The notes under the pieces are model-generated. The model did not search any database, was not told the origin of the DNA, and was given only the letters and a program-made list of their open reading frames with translations. Positions 38,301 to 50,809 of a stretch of 64,000 nt of DNA are shown in pieces. Source of the DNA: Mobula hypostoma (lineage: Eukaryota); contig NC_086097.1 of NCBI RefSeq assembly GCF_963921235.1, positions 82,400,001-82,464,000 on the forward strand, written 5' to 3'. A program made the translations under genes and the position numbers. Numbering within the stretch: position 1 is the stretch's first letter; each line of letters starts with the position of its first letter.

Positions 38301-40037
38301 ATGCCATCAGGTTGGAGGCTACCCAGACGGAATATAAGGTGCTGCTCCTCCAAGCTGAGTGTGGCCTCATCGTGACAGTAGAGGAGGCCATGGACTGACA
38401 TGTCGGGATGGGAATGGGAAGAGGAATTAAAATGGGTGGCCACTGGGAGATCCCACTTTTTCTGGCAGACCATAGACTGACATGTCGGAATGGGAACCCA
38501 TTTTAATTCCACTTCCCATTCCCATTCCGACATACCAGTCTACGGCCTCCTCTACTGTCGAGATAAGGTTGGAGGAGCAACAGCTTATATTCCATCTGGG
38601 TAGCCTCCAACCTGATGGCATGAACATCAATTTCTCAAGCTTGCAATAATGCCTCCCCTCTCCTTCATCATTCTTCATTCTCCTTATATGCCGATCATCT
38701 CCCTCTCATGCTCATCCCCTTTTCTTTCTTCCATGGCCTTCTGTCCTCTCGTATCAGATTCCCCCTTCTCCAACCCTGTATCTCTTTCACCAATTAACTT
38801 CCCAGCTCTTTATTTCACCCCAACCCCCCCACCCAGGTTCACCTATCACCTTGTGGTTCTTCCTCCCCTCCTCCCACTTTCTTACTCTGACTCCTCATCT
38901 TTCTTTCCAGTCCTGGTGAAGGGTCTCAGCCCAAACGTCAACTGTACTCTTTTCCATGGATGCTGCCTGGCCTGCTGACTTCCTCCAGCATTTTGTGTGT
39001 GTTGTTTGGCAGAAAGGTTTCTCCAGAGTCCTAAAAACACACTGTGAGCAATTTCAGCAGAACACACAACACAGAATCTGAAGCTTACCAAATTTCTCCT
39101 TGTATATCACTATGCACCACAGTCCAGAACCAACAGCTTGCCAACTACACTGTTCCTAGGTTGTCCCTTGCAATCACACTTGGATCTGCTCAAACCCAAT
39201 CTCAGAAGGAGTTTGCAGGACAAACAGCTGAGACAAATTGAGGGATCCTCAAACAAGGAGGTCTGATGTTTCATTCCAGGACAAGCAGTCCTGGTGAGGG
39301 CCTACAGAGATGATTAAAAGTGGGTAGCTGGAAAGATTAAGGACAAAACTGGACCACTTTCCTACACAGTGGAGATTACGTCTGATGTCATCTGGAAACA
39401 ACATATCGATCAGTTGAATAGAGCAGAATCATTTGTCAGAGAAGAAAGGTGTCCAGAGCTGTCCGATCCACTTCCTGCCATCTCAGATTCAACTCCTACA
39501 ATCATTGCTGAGGAGGTCCCAGAACCTGAAATTGTCTCACAGCCACAAGTCTCACCTGTCAAGCAGAGAAACCTCCGTTTCCCCTTGTCAGGAAAGACAT
39601 TGTCCCACAAGAGTAAGAAATTCTCTACAGCAATTAAATCTTTGCACCTGAATGGGACAACTTAAAATTTACTATGCTTTGAAAGTGTGTGTATTTTTGT
39701 ATTATATAGTATACTCTGCTATATCTATATCTATCTATATATGTAAAAAAGATGACTAGAGAGTTGAAATGCATTCTATATTGATTTAGAATTTATAGCT
39801 AAGCAGAAGTGAGTGTAGTCTATTTAATATTTGTCACATTTGAGTAATTTTTAAATATATTGTTTGATTCTTTGTTTTCATTATTCCTAATTGGTTATAT
39901 GTAAGAAATATGTGAATGGCATATGTTATTTCGTACCACATAACATATGAGTGCCTGACTTTAAAAAAACTAGGTAGACAAATATCCTAGCTCCTGTGAT
40001 TTTCTTTTAATTAGTTTCTGGAGTTACAAAGCATAAT
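35305..40037 (+). mobile_element. Decayed Ty3/Gypsy element (canonical PR-RT-RH-IN order, gag largely deleted)
   Basis: Partial 5' LTR ending at 35431, PBS tggcgatgagga at 35433, MELDSGSAVSVI at 35763, RT WAMPVVPVAKKNGSVRFCGD/FSKVDLAEAY, RNase H DASPYGIGAV, integrase PWQRIQVDFA/ATKWP, PPT, and 3' LTR at 39814-40037. Confidence 0.85.
37886..39005. mobile_element. Inverted PLE pair with GIY-YIG endonuclease C-terminus, inserted in the Gypsy integrase
   Basis: ORF 38033..38533 (-): DLPVATHFNSSSHSH...LEEQHLIFRLGSLQPDGMNINFSNF; mirror copy on + from ~38495. 15-bp TSD ttgg(tg/ca)gaaaggttt at 37871-37885 and 39006-39020. Confidence 0.9.
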
Positions 40038-40079
40038 TTGCTTGTACTTGATTCTGGTCCTTAATGCCTTGCCTATTAC

Positions 40080-40385
40080 AGTGCCTATCTAAATCTCTCT
40101 GAATTGGGCTGGTTCTATCTCATTGCACCCTCTCCTCTGGCAGCAGGTTCCACACATCAACCACTCATTGTGTAGAAAAGTGTTCCCTTCAGATCTCCTT
40201 TAAAACTTCTACCTCTCAACTTGAACCAATGTCTTCTTGTTTTATATACTCCAACAATGGGCAAAAGGTTCTGACTGTCTACCCTATCAATCCATCTTAT
40301 ATACCTCATGTCAGCACTCAACCTGCTTTGCTCTAGGTCAAACAAGCCCAGTCTATCCAGTATCTCTCCATATCCATCCTCTATT
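40080..40385 (-). mobile_element. CR1 LINE 3' fragment
   Basis: ORF 40157..40411: LDRLGLFDLEQSRL...DRVDSQNLLP...TRRHWFKLRG. Confidence 0.8.
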
Positions 40386-40424
40386 GCAGTCAAGCTCATT
40401 ATCTTAAGCACAGATGTACAGTAT

Positions 40425-41250
40425 AGATAGATAGATAGATATACTTTATTAATCCCGAGGGAAATTTGGTTTCGTTACAGCCGCACCAACCAAGAATAGA
40501 GTGTAAATACAGCAATACAAAAAACCCCAACAATCAAACACCAAAATGCAAACTATGCCAGATGGAAAATAAGTCCAGGACCAGTCTATTGGCCCAGGGT
40601 GTCCGACCCCCCACGGGAGGAGCTGCACGTTCGATGGCCACAGGCAGGAACGACCTCCCGTGCCGCCCAGTGTTGTATCACGGTGGAATGTGGCCGAAGT
40701 CCAACAGTAAGAATAAAAGTTCAATATCCAGTCTGCAAACACATTCCTCGATCGTAATATACCCCGGATTGCATCATCCGTTGTTAGCCAGAACAGTAAG
40801 CACCGAACTCCTTTATGCTTACCGCTCTCGGTGCACTTCCGGTCAGCCGGAACAGTATTACCCACCAAACTTCTCTTCTCCAAAAGACTGTGTTGTCTCG
40901 ACCCGGTCCTCTTTCCTCAGTTTTGTGATCCTCCTCTGTGTGTTTTCCTCCAAATTTCAGCAGGGGTGTCCACCGCCCTGTTCGCTAAGCCGGCCGGTCT
41001 TTGCTGGTCCGTGAAATACACAATGCGACCTTGCTTCTGTCCTGCGTGTCGGGATGTTACCATTTCCAGCGCTAAAGAAAACCCAAATAAAACTCTCTCT
41101 ACCAGCATGTTAGAGAGGGTGCAACTTCGACGTGTTACCGTGAGAAAAAAAAATACAAAAAATAACGTAAATTGAAAAGTAAGAAGAAGAAAGGAAGAAT
41201 AGATCGGAACGGCTGTACCAGGCTGCATGCCCGACCGGCGCATGTGCACT
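40425..41250 (-). mobile_element. Internally deleted Rex1/Babar derivative keeping the 5' region, an endonuclease piece and the 3' tail
   Basis: (TATC)n tail with aataaagta; ADRKCTESGKHKG and LANNG*CNPG...DIELL endonuclease remnants; GRIVYF...PAEIWRK N-terminal remnant. Confidence 0.65.
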
Positions 41251-41475
41251 ATGCGTGTACAGGTATAATGAAAAACTTACTTATTCCAGGCAACATTCTG
41301 GACACCCTCTTATTTTTTTATTACATAATGAAATATTTTCTGCACAAATGGAAGACAAGTGAAGGGAGACTGTGGCCATGGTTCCCAGACACAGAACGCA
41401 TCACATCATATTGCTCATCAATGCTTGCTGCAGGAGGAACCTCAGTTCTCTTGAGACCTGAAGAGATTGGTCACC

Positions 41476-42230
41476 TGTTACGTACCAGCAGCAATAGATC
41501 ACAAACTGAGTCAGGGTTTAATGTTAAACCACTATATTTATTAGTATCTACTCAAAAATATAGAAAATTAAATGAAATAAACAGAAGTTAACAGTGTTAT
41601 GTGTGTGTGTGGCTCCCAAACTGTCAAGCTTAGGAACAGTTCTTAAAGTCTTAAGATGGCAAACTAGAAAGGTCCAGTAATCCATGGAATAAGTGAGGGG
41701 AGGGACTGGTAAATCCATGTTAAAATGTAGAGAGGAGGTGATCACGAAGAATTTCACAGCTTCCACACTGGGAAAACGAAGTAACAGTCGCCGAAGATCT
41801 TATCCGTCGAGTCGTCCCGAAATCCACGTAGAAATATCACAAGGTGACAGTCACGGAATATTCCTTAGCACAGGTGGTTACCACATAATATACCCGAAAC
41901 CATGTAAGGGTTAACAAAGGTGGTTGCCACAGGGTACTCCAACAAAATGCACGTATGGATCATATGAAGTGACAGTCACACATCCAATGTGCACTGGGTG
42001 CTGTTGATCAACCCAATTCTCTGGGCATGGGAAAGTATCAGAATTTACCCATTGTTCCAGCAAGCTCCTGCCAGCAGCTTGCAGTCCAAAACTTCCACAC
42101 TCCCTCTCTCTCCTTCTCCTCTGAAAATCCCAGCGGTCTGTTGCAGCTTGTTATACTGATGTCATAGTCCCGCCTCATTCAGCCATTTTAAAGTGACACC
42201 CACAGTAAATGAAACCGTGGTCACATAACA
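41476..42230 (-). mobile_element. Solo LTR (Gypsy-type)
   Basis: TGTTACGTACC...CATAACA termini, with the left end matching the Gmr1 LTR start. 4-bp TSD CACC at 41472-41475 and 42231-42234. Confidence 0.85.
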
Positions 42231-44307
42231 CACCCCAATGTATAGGAGAGATAAAGTAAATGATCACTTGTCACAATTGTATAATTATGTAATGTGACCA
42301 AAAACTATTGTAGAATATTTGGAGATCATGAAAGATGCTTCACAAATGCAACTTTCTTCCCTCTTTCAGTGGTGGTACCTTTAAGTAGTTTGAATGGATC
42401 ACGTGGGCTTTATCTTTTATGCTTCCACTTAACCAAAGATAGCAGTACAAGGAAAGACTGAGCCATCAAGGTATACTTGTCCATTTTATTTTAATACTAT
42501 AACTTGAGCAACGAGACATCTGCCGACTCAACCATGCAGTCTTGAAATGTATGAGGCACACCCTCCATCTAATCCATTCCAGATAAGTGCATCTGCAGTT
42601 TCTTCTGAAATACATTTAATTGGCCTCTGGATTTACAACATTTTGGAATTAAGCATCTGCCTTCTTGACACCCCATACTGTAACTGCAGATTGTGTTGTA
42701 GTTGAGCGAATTAATGCCTGGAGACTGGAAATTCCAGCTCACTGAATTCTCTACCTCTGCAGTCTGGAATAAAGCACAAGATAGAGCCACCTTCAAATAG
42801 TTGGATAAAAAAAGAATGATCAGTTAATACTATTTAATTAATATTATTAAGCTCTAATGAAAGGTCACTGACCTGGAATGTTAAATCTCTTTCTCCTTCC
42901 ATAAATGTAGCCTGATTTGTTCAGTGTCTCCTATTTTTTTTAATTGGCAGTGATTTCTATCAGTTTAAAAGATCCCTCTTAAATTGGTTAGTTTGTAAAA
43001 TCTAACCAGTCTTAAGAAACAAATAATGTTGATAGCAGTGAGTAGAGAGTCATGAGCACATTGTACTCTGTGATCTTCATCTTCAGTGACGTGATGGTGA
43101 AGTTCAAATGATGTTTAATATGAGCTTGGAAACAATCTGATGCCAGAGTTGAGTAATATAACAACACTCGGTCAAGTTGACACCGCTTTTCTCAATGTAC
43201 TTCAAATCTAAATATCTAATAAAATGAATTGTCTTGTGTTTGGGAAATTACAAGTTAAAAAACATACTACTATTCTGACCTCCCTGCATACCCTGTAACT
43301 CAATCTTTAATTTAATATGAGATCAGCCATCTTGCATTATTAATAATGTTATGGGTTTCAGAAGTGTTTTATCTGTCATATTGAAATCTCAGGCTGGTAA
43401 GAGATTGTTTGAATCATGTTTTCAATGCAGAAGTCTTGTGGAAGAGTATTGTTGGCCACAAAATTGATGAACCTTGTGAACTTTTAGGCTTCATCCCATT
43501 GGTGTATCATGACATCTTGAGCACCCACAGAGAAAGCCAATGTTTGGAAACAGAGCTTGATTTATCACAACATTTTGGAAATGTTCACTTCTTTTCTCTA
43601 GGGAACTTATTCCAGAAGGTTTATTTTTCTATGCAGTCAACCCTGCTGTTCGCTAATAATCATTTGTACCGCCTTATTTTATTCCCAGAGAAAAAAACAG
43701 TGATGCAGAATTTTGCTGCATACAAAATACTTCTGCCCTGCCAACAAAATTTAATTATACTGATTGCCCTTCAATGAGATCTTGATCACTGCCTTGTAAA
43801 ACTTAAATTATCTTAAGGGAGGAAATGGAGTAATGTAATATCATAAAAAATTGAGGAATGTCAGTATAATTGAGCAGAACATTTGGATTTTGTGGTTGCT
43901 GTGTCTCACTTATAGATGGGAACCAAGGCAACTTAGATAGGGAATAAAATTTCCTTTGAATCTCCTTCAATGAAGTGCCTTGCATCAAAAGTACTCCTGC
44001 TACTTTCCAACTTTCTCTATAACCTACAATTGTCCTGCTTGAGTGAAACTGCCAATTTACTACAGACTTTCTGCTGAATTTGTGGTTATCTCTGCTGTGG
44101 CTTTCTCACTTGCTCTTTTTATGGGAGTGTCAAGTAGCAACATATTCTTTTATCACTAGTGAATCAGATTCAGAATCAGCTTTATTGTCACTGTCAGATG
44201 TTGCGAAAGGTTATTTTGCAACAGTGCAATACAGAAAATATACTATAAATTACACTAAGAAATGCATATAAAAAGAAATTAAATTGGTGTAAAAAAAGAG
44301 TAAAAAT

Positions 44308-45585
44308 AGTAAACAAGGGAAATTCTGTGGATGCTCGAAATCCAAAGCAGCACACACAAGATGCTGGAGGACCTAAGCAGGTCAGGCAGAATCTATGGAA
44401 ACAAACAAAGGAGTAAACGTTTTGGGCAGGACTGGGAAGGAAGGGGGGAGTTGCCAGAATATGGCGGGGGAGGGGAAGGAGGTTAGTTAGAAGGTGATAG
44501 GTGAAGCCAGGCGGGTAGAAAAGAAAAAGGGCTGGAGAGGAAGGAATCTGATTGGAGGGGAGAGCGGAGCATAGGAGAAAGGGAAGGAGGAGAGGACCCA
44601 GGAGGAGGTGATAGCCAGGTGAGAAGAGGTAAGAGGCCAGAGTGGGGAATAGAAGAAGAGAGGAGGGGAAGGGAAATTTTGTTATGGGAAGGAGAAATCG
44701 ATATTCATGTCATCAGATTGGAGGCTACCCAGACAGAATACAAGGTGTTGCTCCTGCCTTGATGGTGGCCTCATTGTCGCACAAGAGAAGGCCATGGATT
44801 GACATGTCGGAACGGGAATAGGAAGCAGAATTAAAATGTTTGGCCACCAGGGAGTTCTGTTTTTGGTGGATGGAGCAGAGGTGCTTGATGAAGCAGTCCC
44901 TCAATTTATGATGGGTCTCTCTAATGTACGGAGGCTGCATTGGGAGTACCGGACACAGTAGATTACCCCAGCAGGATCGCAGGTGAAGTGCTGCCTCACC
45001 TGGAAGGACTGTTTGGGACCCTGAATGGAGGTGAGGAAGGAGGTCGATGGGCAGGTGCAGCATTTTGGCTACTTGCAGAGATAAGTGACAGCAGGGAGAT
45101 TAATAGGGAGGGATGAATAGATAAGGGAATCATGGAGGGAGTGATCCCTGCAAATTTGGGGGGTTGCGGGTTTGGAGGTAAAGATATGTTTGGTGGTAGA
45201 ATTACTTTGGGGATGGTGGATGTTGCGGAGAGTGATGTGTCAGATGTGGGTCAGATGTGAGATGGTAGGTAAGGAGAAAAGAAGCACTATCTCTGTTAAG
45301 GCGGTGGGAAAAGGGAGTGAGGCCAGAAATTCCAGAAATGAAGGAGATGTGGGTGAGGGCAGCATCAAGGTGGAGGAAGGAAAACCCTGTTCTTTGAAGA
45401 AGGAGGACATCTCTGTTGTCCTGTAAAGGAAAGCCACATCTTGGGAACAGATTGGCAGAGATGAAGGAACTGAGAAAAGGGAATAGCATTTTTACAGGAG
45501 ATATAGTGGAAGAGTCATTGTCAAGATACCCGGGGGAATCGGTAGGTTTATAAAAGACGTCCGTTAATACTTTGTCTCCAGACAT
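44308..45585 (-). mobile_element. 5'-truncated PLE (RT thumb, GIY-YIG endonuclease, 3' end), degenerate
   Basis: TDVFYKPTDSPGYLD, EMSSFFKEQGFPSS, YIRETHHKLRDCFIKHLCSI, VAKHFNS. Confidence 0.88.
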
Positions 45586-45694
45586 TACTAGGGTTGGCTT
45601 GGAACTTAGTCTGTTTGATGAAGCCAACAAAAATCAGGCATAGCTGGGACCCATGTGGTTATCTAGAACAGATCATGTTCTCTGCCCTTAAATT

Positions 45695-46220
45695 CATAAA
45701 TCTGATGGCAGAGAGGAAGAAGCTGGTCCTAAAATATTGAGTGGGTGTCTTCAAGCTCCTGTACATACTTCTCTGATGGTAGCACTGAAAAGAGGACATG
45801 TCTTGGGTGGTGGGAGTATTTAATGACGGATGCCGATTTCTTGAGGTTCACCTTTTGAAGATGTCTTGATGGTGGGGTGGCTAGTTCCCATGACGGAGTT
45901 TACAACCCTCTGCAGCATTTTCCAATCCAGTGCAGTGGCCCCTCCATACCAGACCATGGGGCAATGGGTTAGAATGCTCTCCACCATACACCTGTAGAAA
46001 TTTGCTAGAGCTTTGGTGACATACCAAACCTTCCCAAACTCCAAATCAAATACAGCTGCTGGCACGCCTTCTTCATAATTGAATCAATATGTTGAATGCA
46101 GGAGAGACCTTGAGAGATGGTGACACCCAAGAACTTAAAACTGCTCACCCTCTCCACTGTTAACTCCTCGATAAGGACCCCTACCTGAAGTCCACAGTCA
46201 ACTCTTTGGTCTTACTAAGT
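45695..46220 (-). mobile_element. Rex1-type LINE fragment
   Basis: KALANFYRCMVESILTHC..VWYG in ORF 45820..46065. Confidence 0.8.
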
Positions 46221-46639
46221 GCAACATTTGTTGTTTTTTTCTTATTTCATCATTTCCCGGGGTCTGGGAATTCCTGACAAAATCTGCAACTAATGTCCAA
46301 CTATAATTGCTCTTGAGAAGGTGTGGCATTCACTTGCCTGGTACAGTTGCTGTCACGCACAGTCACAGTGCTGTTGGCTGGAGAGTTCCAGGCATGCAAA
46401 ATAGTGATGAGGAGATATGGGTAATGTTCTTCCAAATCAAGATGGTAAGCAACTGGGAAGTGAAGGACCATGGATCAAGGATCGACTTTATTCACCATAT
46501 ATATTTGCATGCATTAAAAATTTGCTGTGGTATGTTGGTGCAACATGCAAAAAAAAATTCAACAATTATACCCACAGGAGGTGGTAATACTCCTATGGGC
46601 TGTAGGTTTGGAAGGAGCCTGAGTAATTTCTCAGTATTT

Positions 46640-46930
46640 TGTTGATGGCAGCCACTGTGTACCAACAGTGAAGAGAATGAATGTTTAGGGTGGTGTATGT
46701 GTTAACCAAGCAGACAGCTTTGTCCTGGGTGGTGATGCTCCTGAGCTGGAGCTGTGCTCATCCGGGTAAGCGAGGATTATTCCATGACACCTCTGACTTC
46801 TCCAGTGTAAATAATGGAGAGGTTTTGGGATATCAGGAGTGGTGTCAATTGCTGCAGAATATACAGCTTCCGACCTGCTCTTGTAGCCATGGTATTAATG
46901 AGGGAGTTCCCTTTGATATTCTGGTCATTG
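46640..46930 (-). mobile_element. L2/CR1-group LINE RT fragment; upstream part at ~47800-48040, split by a PLE
   Basis: RAGRKLYILQQLTPLLISQNLSIIYTGEVRGVME; upstream part AASLQQNLDNIQSW...WQVAVTPK. Confidence 0.65.
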
Positions 46931-47004
46931 ATCGAGCTTAAGTTTATTGTTCTCATATACCCTGTGTTCATATATTCCCAGGGTGCAAAGGCCATGAAAA
47001 TTAG

Positions 47005-47605
47005 AGTCTCCGAGCACCAGCACTCCGGCCGCCAGAAAAAGCGGGATCTCCCTGCAGCCACCTGTTTCATTTCCACTTCCCATTCCCATTCCGACATATC
47101 AGTCCATGGCTTCCTCTACTACTGCCATGATGAGGCCTCACTCAAGTTGGAGGAGCAACACCTGATATTCTGTCTGGGTAGCCTCCAACCTGATGGCATG
47201 AACGTCAATTTCTCAAACTCTGGCAATTGCAACCCCACTTCACCATTCTCCGTTCCTGTTTCCCTCATCTTTTTTTCACCTGCCTTTCACCCCTCTCTAG
47301 TGATTCTTCTTTTCATTCTTCCATGATTTTCTACTCTCTCCTATCAGATTGCCCCACCTCCAGCCCTTGATCTCTTTCACTAATCAACTTCACAGCTCTT
47401 TAATTCACTCACTCACCCCCTCCCAGTTCCACCCATCACATACCGCTTGTACTTCTTCCTCCATCCCCCCACCTTCTTACACTGACTTCTCATCTTTTTT
47501 TTCTCAGTCCCACTGAAGGTCTCAGTCCAAAACGTCGATTGTTTATTCCTTTGCATAGATGCTGCCTGGCCTGCTGAGTTCCTCCAGCATTCAGTGTGCG
47601 TGTTG
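47005..47605 (+). mobile_element. PLE 3' fragment (GIY-YIG C-terminus)
   Basis: RDLPAATCF...LEEQHLIFCLGSLQPDGMNVNFSN; terminal gatgctgcctggcctgctgagttcctccagca. Confidence 0.88.
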
Positions 47606-48179
47606 CCATGAAGATTAGACTTTTGCAGCAGTCGCACATTACTGTATGTTACAAAATGAGAATAAACATAAATTATGCAAACAATGATGACCTTAGGTTG
47701 TCACTGGTTGGTAAATCTGTGATGATAATGCCATTAAATATCAATTATAAGTGCTTAAGACTCTCTATTGTTGATGACCATCTCTGACAATAGAGAATGG
47801 GGCTCATTTTGGTGTGACTGCTACTTGCCAATTATATGCTACTGGCCATGACTGAATATTGTCTAGGTTTTGCTGCAAACTGGCTGCTTTGTTTGCTGAG
47901 GAGGTACGAATAGAACTGAGTGCCAGGTAGGCATCAACAAATATCCATGGTGGAGAGTAGCTGCTGACGAAGCAGCTGAAGGTGAGTGGAATTGGGACAA
48001 TACCCGTGGGTGCTTCTGCACTGATGTCGGACAAGGAAACACTGAAGTGTCTGAAATTAGAAGAGCTTGGGATCGCTGTCTCAAATTCTTGGGTTGGCAG
48101 CACCTGCCCATAGAAAAATTGGCACCAGATTGCTGCAGAAAGGTGTTAAAAATTGACAGGTAGCTAAAATATTAAAATA

Positions 48180-48462
48180 GCCAATACCAGAGCACATCTA
48201 CTTTAGGTGAGTAGGGGAAAGTTTAGTGGAGACGTCAAATTTTTTTACAGAAAGAACATGGATGCCTGGGATGTGCTGCTAGGGTTAGTGGTAGAGGCTG
48301 ATACAGGGATGACATCTAAATAGATACGTTGATGTAAGAGAAATGGAGGATTATGGGCTATGTAGGAGGGAAAGGTTAGGTTGCTTGTGGAGTAGGTTGA
48401 TATAGGTCAGCACAACACTGTGGGCCAAAGGGCCTGTACTGTGTTTTATTGTTTTATATTCT
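48180..48462 (+). mobile_element. CR1 3' end
   Basis: ccaataccagagcacat...atggaggattatggg...gggccaaagggcctgtactgtg. A further tail lies at 48790-48945. Confidence 0.7.
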
Positions 48463-48984
48463 AGTACAAAAGCACATTGTTGTGGTAATGGCAGACTCTT
48501 GGGGGATGAAAAGGAGGAGGTCTCAGTCATGTTTACTTTTACATATTTCAAAATACACCTTAGCAAATCTTATGTTTTAAAAAAAAGGTCCAAATGACTA
48601 CAAAATTTAAAGTAGTGTGACAGATGGTATCTGCAGGGGTTTGAGTGGACACAAGGTGAATGAAAAGTCAAAGAGATATGCTGTTTCACAACATGGACAA
48701 ATATGGAAAATGTAGGGGGAGATGTTAGAGGATGTCGGGTGGGTGTTCTGTACACAGAATGGTTGGTCCATGAAATGCCCTTCCAGGGGTGGTGAGAGAA
48801 GCAGATACATTTAGGGGCATTTAAGAATCTATCAAATGGATGATAGAAAATGGAGGGCTACGTAGGAGGGAAGGGTAGGTTTGATCTCAGAATAGGTTAA
48901 ATGTTGACACAACATTCTATGCTGTAACATTCTATGTGCTATGTTCTTTGTTCAACTACAGACCTGCTCTGGGGTCTTGAGTAA

Positions 48985-49132
48985 CCACAAGAGATCCTGC
49001 AGATGATGGAAATGTTAAGCAACACACACACAAAATGGCGGAGGAGCTCAGCAATCCAGGCAGCATCTATGGAGGTACTAAACTCAACTGCCTGACCTGC
49101 TTGGGTTCCTCCAGCATTTTGTGTGTGTGCTG
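48985..49132. mobile_element. Miniature inverted PLE-terminus hairpin
   Basis: cacacacacaaaatggcggaggagctcagcaatccaggcag ... ctgcctgacctgcttgggttcctccagcattttgtgtgtgtg. Confidence 0.7.
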
Positions 49133-49219
49133 GCATCTGAGTGAACTTGTTATACTGATCTTATCTTCTATTTGTTCTTGGTACTTAATCAAATGCATAT
49201 ACTTTTTCCTGATTCACAG

Positions 49220-49280
49220 GAGTTGACTTCAAAATGAAGACAATAGATGTGGATGGAATCAAGGTGCGAATACAGATTTG
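49220..49280 (+). CDS. RAB15: Internal coding exon (exon 2 equivalent) of Ras-related protein Rab-15
   Basis: Acceptor tttttcctgattcacag, 61-bp exon, donor gtaagt. Encodes (G)VDFKMKTIDVDGIKVRIQI(W), matching RAB15 GVDFKMKTIEVDGIKVRIQIW. Phase 1/phase 2 boundaries fit Rab8/10/15-group genes. Confidence 0.9.
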
Positions 49281-49419
49281 GTAAGTTCAGAAAGTATTGT
49301 CAACTTCTGGGCACTTTATTTCAGGGGACTGCTATGTTAACTAACTGAAACACTTTCCTGATTTGGCTTTCATGTCACATTGCTGTGATTTTGCTGAAGC
49401 CAGTGACTGCTAGTGAATT

Positions 49420-50045
49420 TCTTGTTTTGTGGCAGCAGTATATTGCAATAACTAATAATAAAAAAACTTTACAATAAGGAATATATATAATTTAATAGGT
49501 AGAGAACAACAAAAAAAAGCAGTGAGATGTTGGACACGGGTTCATTGTCCATCCAGAAATCTGATGGCAGAGGGGAGGAAGCTGTTCCTGAAATGTTGAG
49601 TGCATGTCTTCAGGTTCCTGTACCACTCCCTTGATAGCAGCAAAGAGAAGGGTTAATGTCCTGAGGAATGGGGCCCTTATTATTGGATGCTGCCTCTTTG
49701 AGACATCACCTTTGAAGGTATCATCAATGCTGGGGAGGCCAGTGTTATCTAGGAACTTGAAACTGGTCACTCTTTCCACTGCTGGCCCCATGATGAGGAC
49801 TGGTGCGTGTTTCCTCAACCTCCCCTTCCTGAAGTCCACAATCAAATCCTTGGTCTCACTGACACCGAGTGTTATTGTTGCAACACCACTCAACCAGCTG
49901 ATCTATCTCACTCCTGTACACCTCCTCTTCGCCATCTGAAGCTCTGCCAAAAATAGTTGTGTCATCAGCAAATTTATAGATGGCCTTTGAGCTGTGCTGT
50001 AGCCACATAGTTGCGGGTTTGGAGGGAATAGAGCAGTGGCAACAG
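49420..50045 (-). mobile_element. Rex1-type LINE fragment with internal deletion
   Basis: AIYKFADDTTIFGR, SETKDLIVDFRKG, VERVTSFKFL in ORFs 49856..50095 and 49492..49893. Confidence 0.85.
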
Positions 50046-50809
50046 CACGCAGAGACACACAATGGAAGAAAACTGTGTAAAATTATGGGTGTCACTTAGC
50101 AGCCATCTATATCTTAGGTGGAAAGTGGAAAGCAGACAGGGTGATTAATTCTGTAAAATGTTGAATGATTTTACAGGGAAGGGATGTGGGATTAGGCAGA
50201 GTAGTTTGTCAGAGAACTCCCACGGTACAACGAACTGAAGGCCCTGTTTCTGTGCTGAAAGCATCTTTGATTCCACCTGCTTACAATTTCAAAGGTTCAA
50301 ATGTTCACTTATTATCAAAGCATGTATTCATATACAACTCTGAAATTCAGCTTCTCCCAACAGCCACGAAACAAAGAAGGAACATGAAAGTCGTTTAGAG
50401 AGAGACATCAAATTCACACCCCCCCGCAGCACAAAAAAGAATGGCATCCCGATCATCAACCCCACACCCCCTCCCCTGCACAAATGGAACAGGAACATCA
50501 ACAGCCCCCAAACAAAACCCCTCCCTGCAACAGAACTAACAGAACACAATAGAACATCAATCCCCAAACATCCTTCCCTCACACAACAAAACTGAAGAGG
50601 AATGGCGATTAAAAATAAACACAATATTAAGACCATCAGTCTGAAGAAGTCCATAGTCCATAAATGCAATAGTCCAAACTATAATTGCAGAACCATGATA
50701 CTATCCAATGATATCACTGACTTTCAGGAAAAGAGAGGGACACCATATGATGCAGAGAGGCCTACCTGCCTCCCTCAGTGAGCCACACAGCAACAGGCCA
50801 CTCACAGAC

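Noticed and set aside
38908..38945. Further functional hammerheads (also ~28810, ~37985, ~47505, ~52080)
   Set aside because: Core substitutions (CUGGUGA, CUGAAGA with altered stems, lost GAAA) or a deleted cleavage arm.
43409..43777. 122-aa ORF as a host exon
   Set aside because: No recognisable domain, not Rab-like, TTG start, AT-rich intron-like composition.
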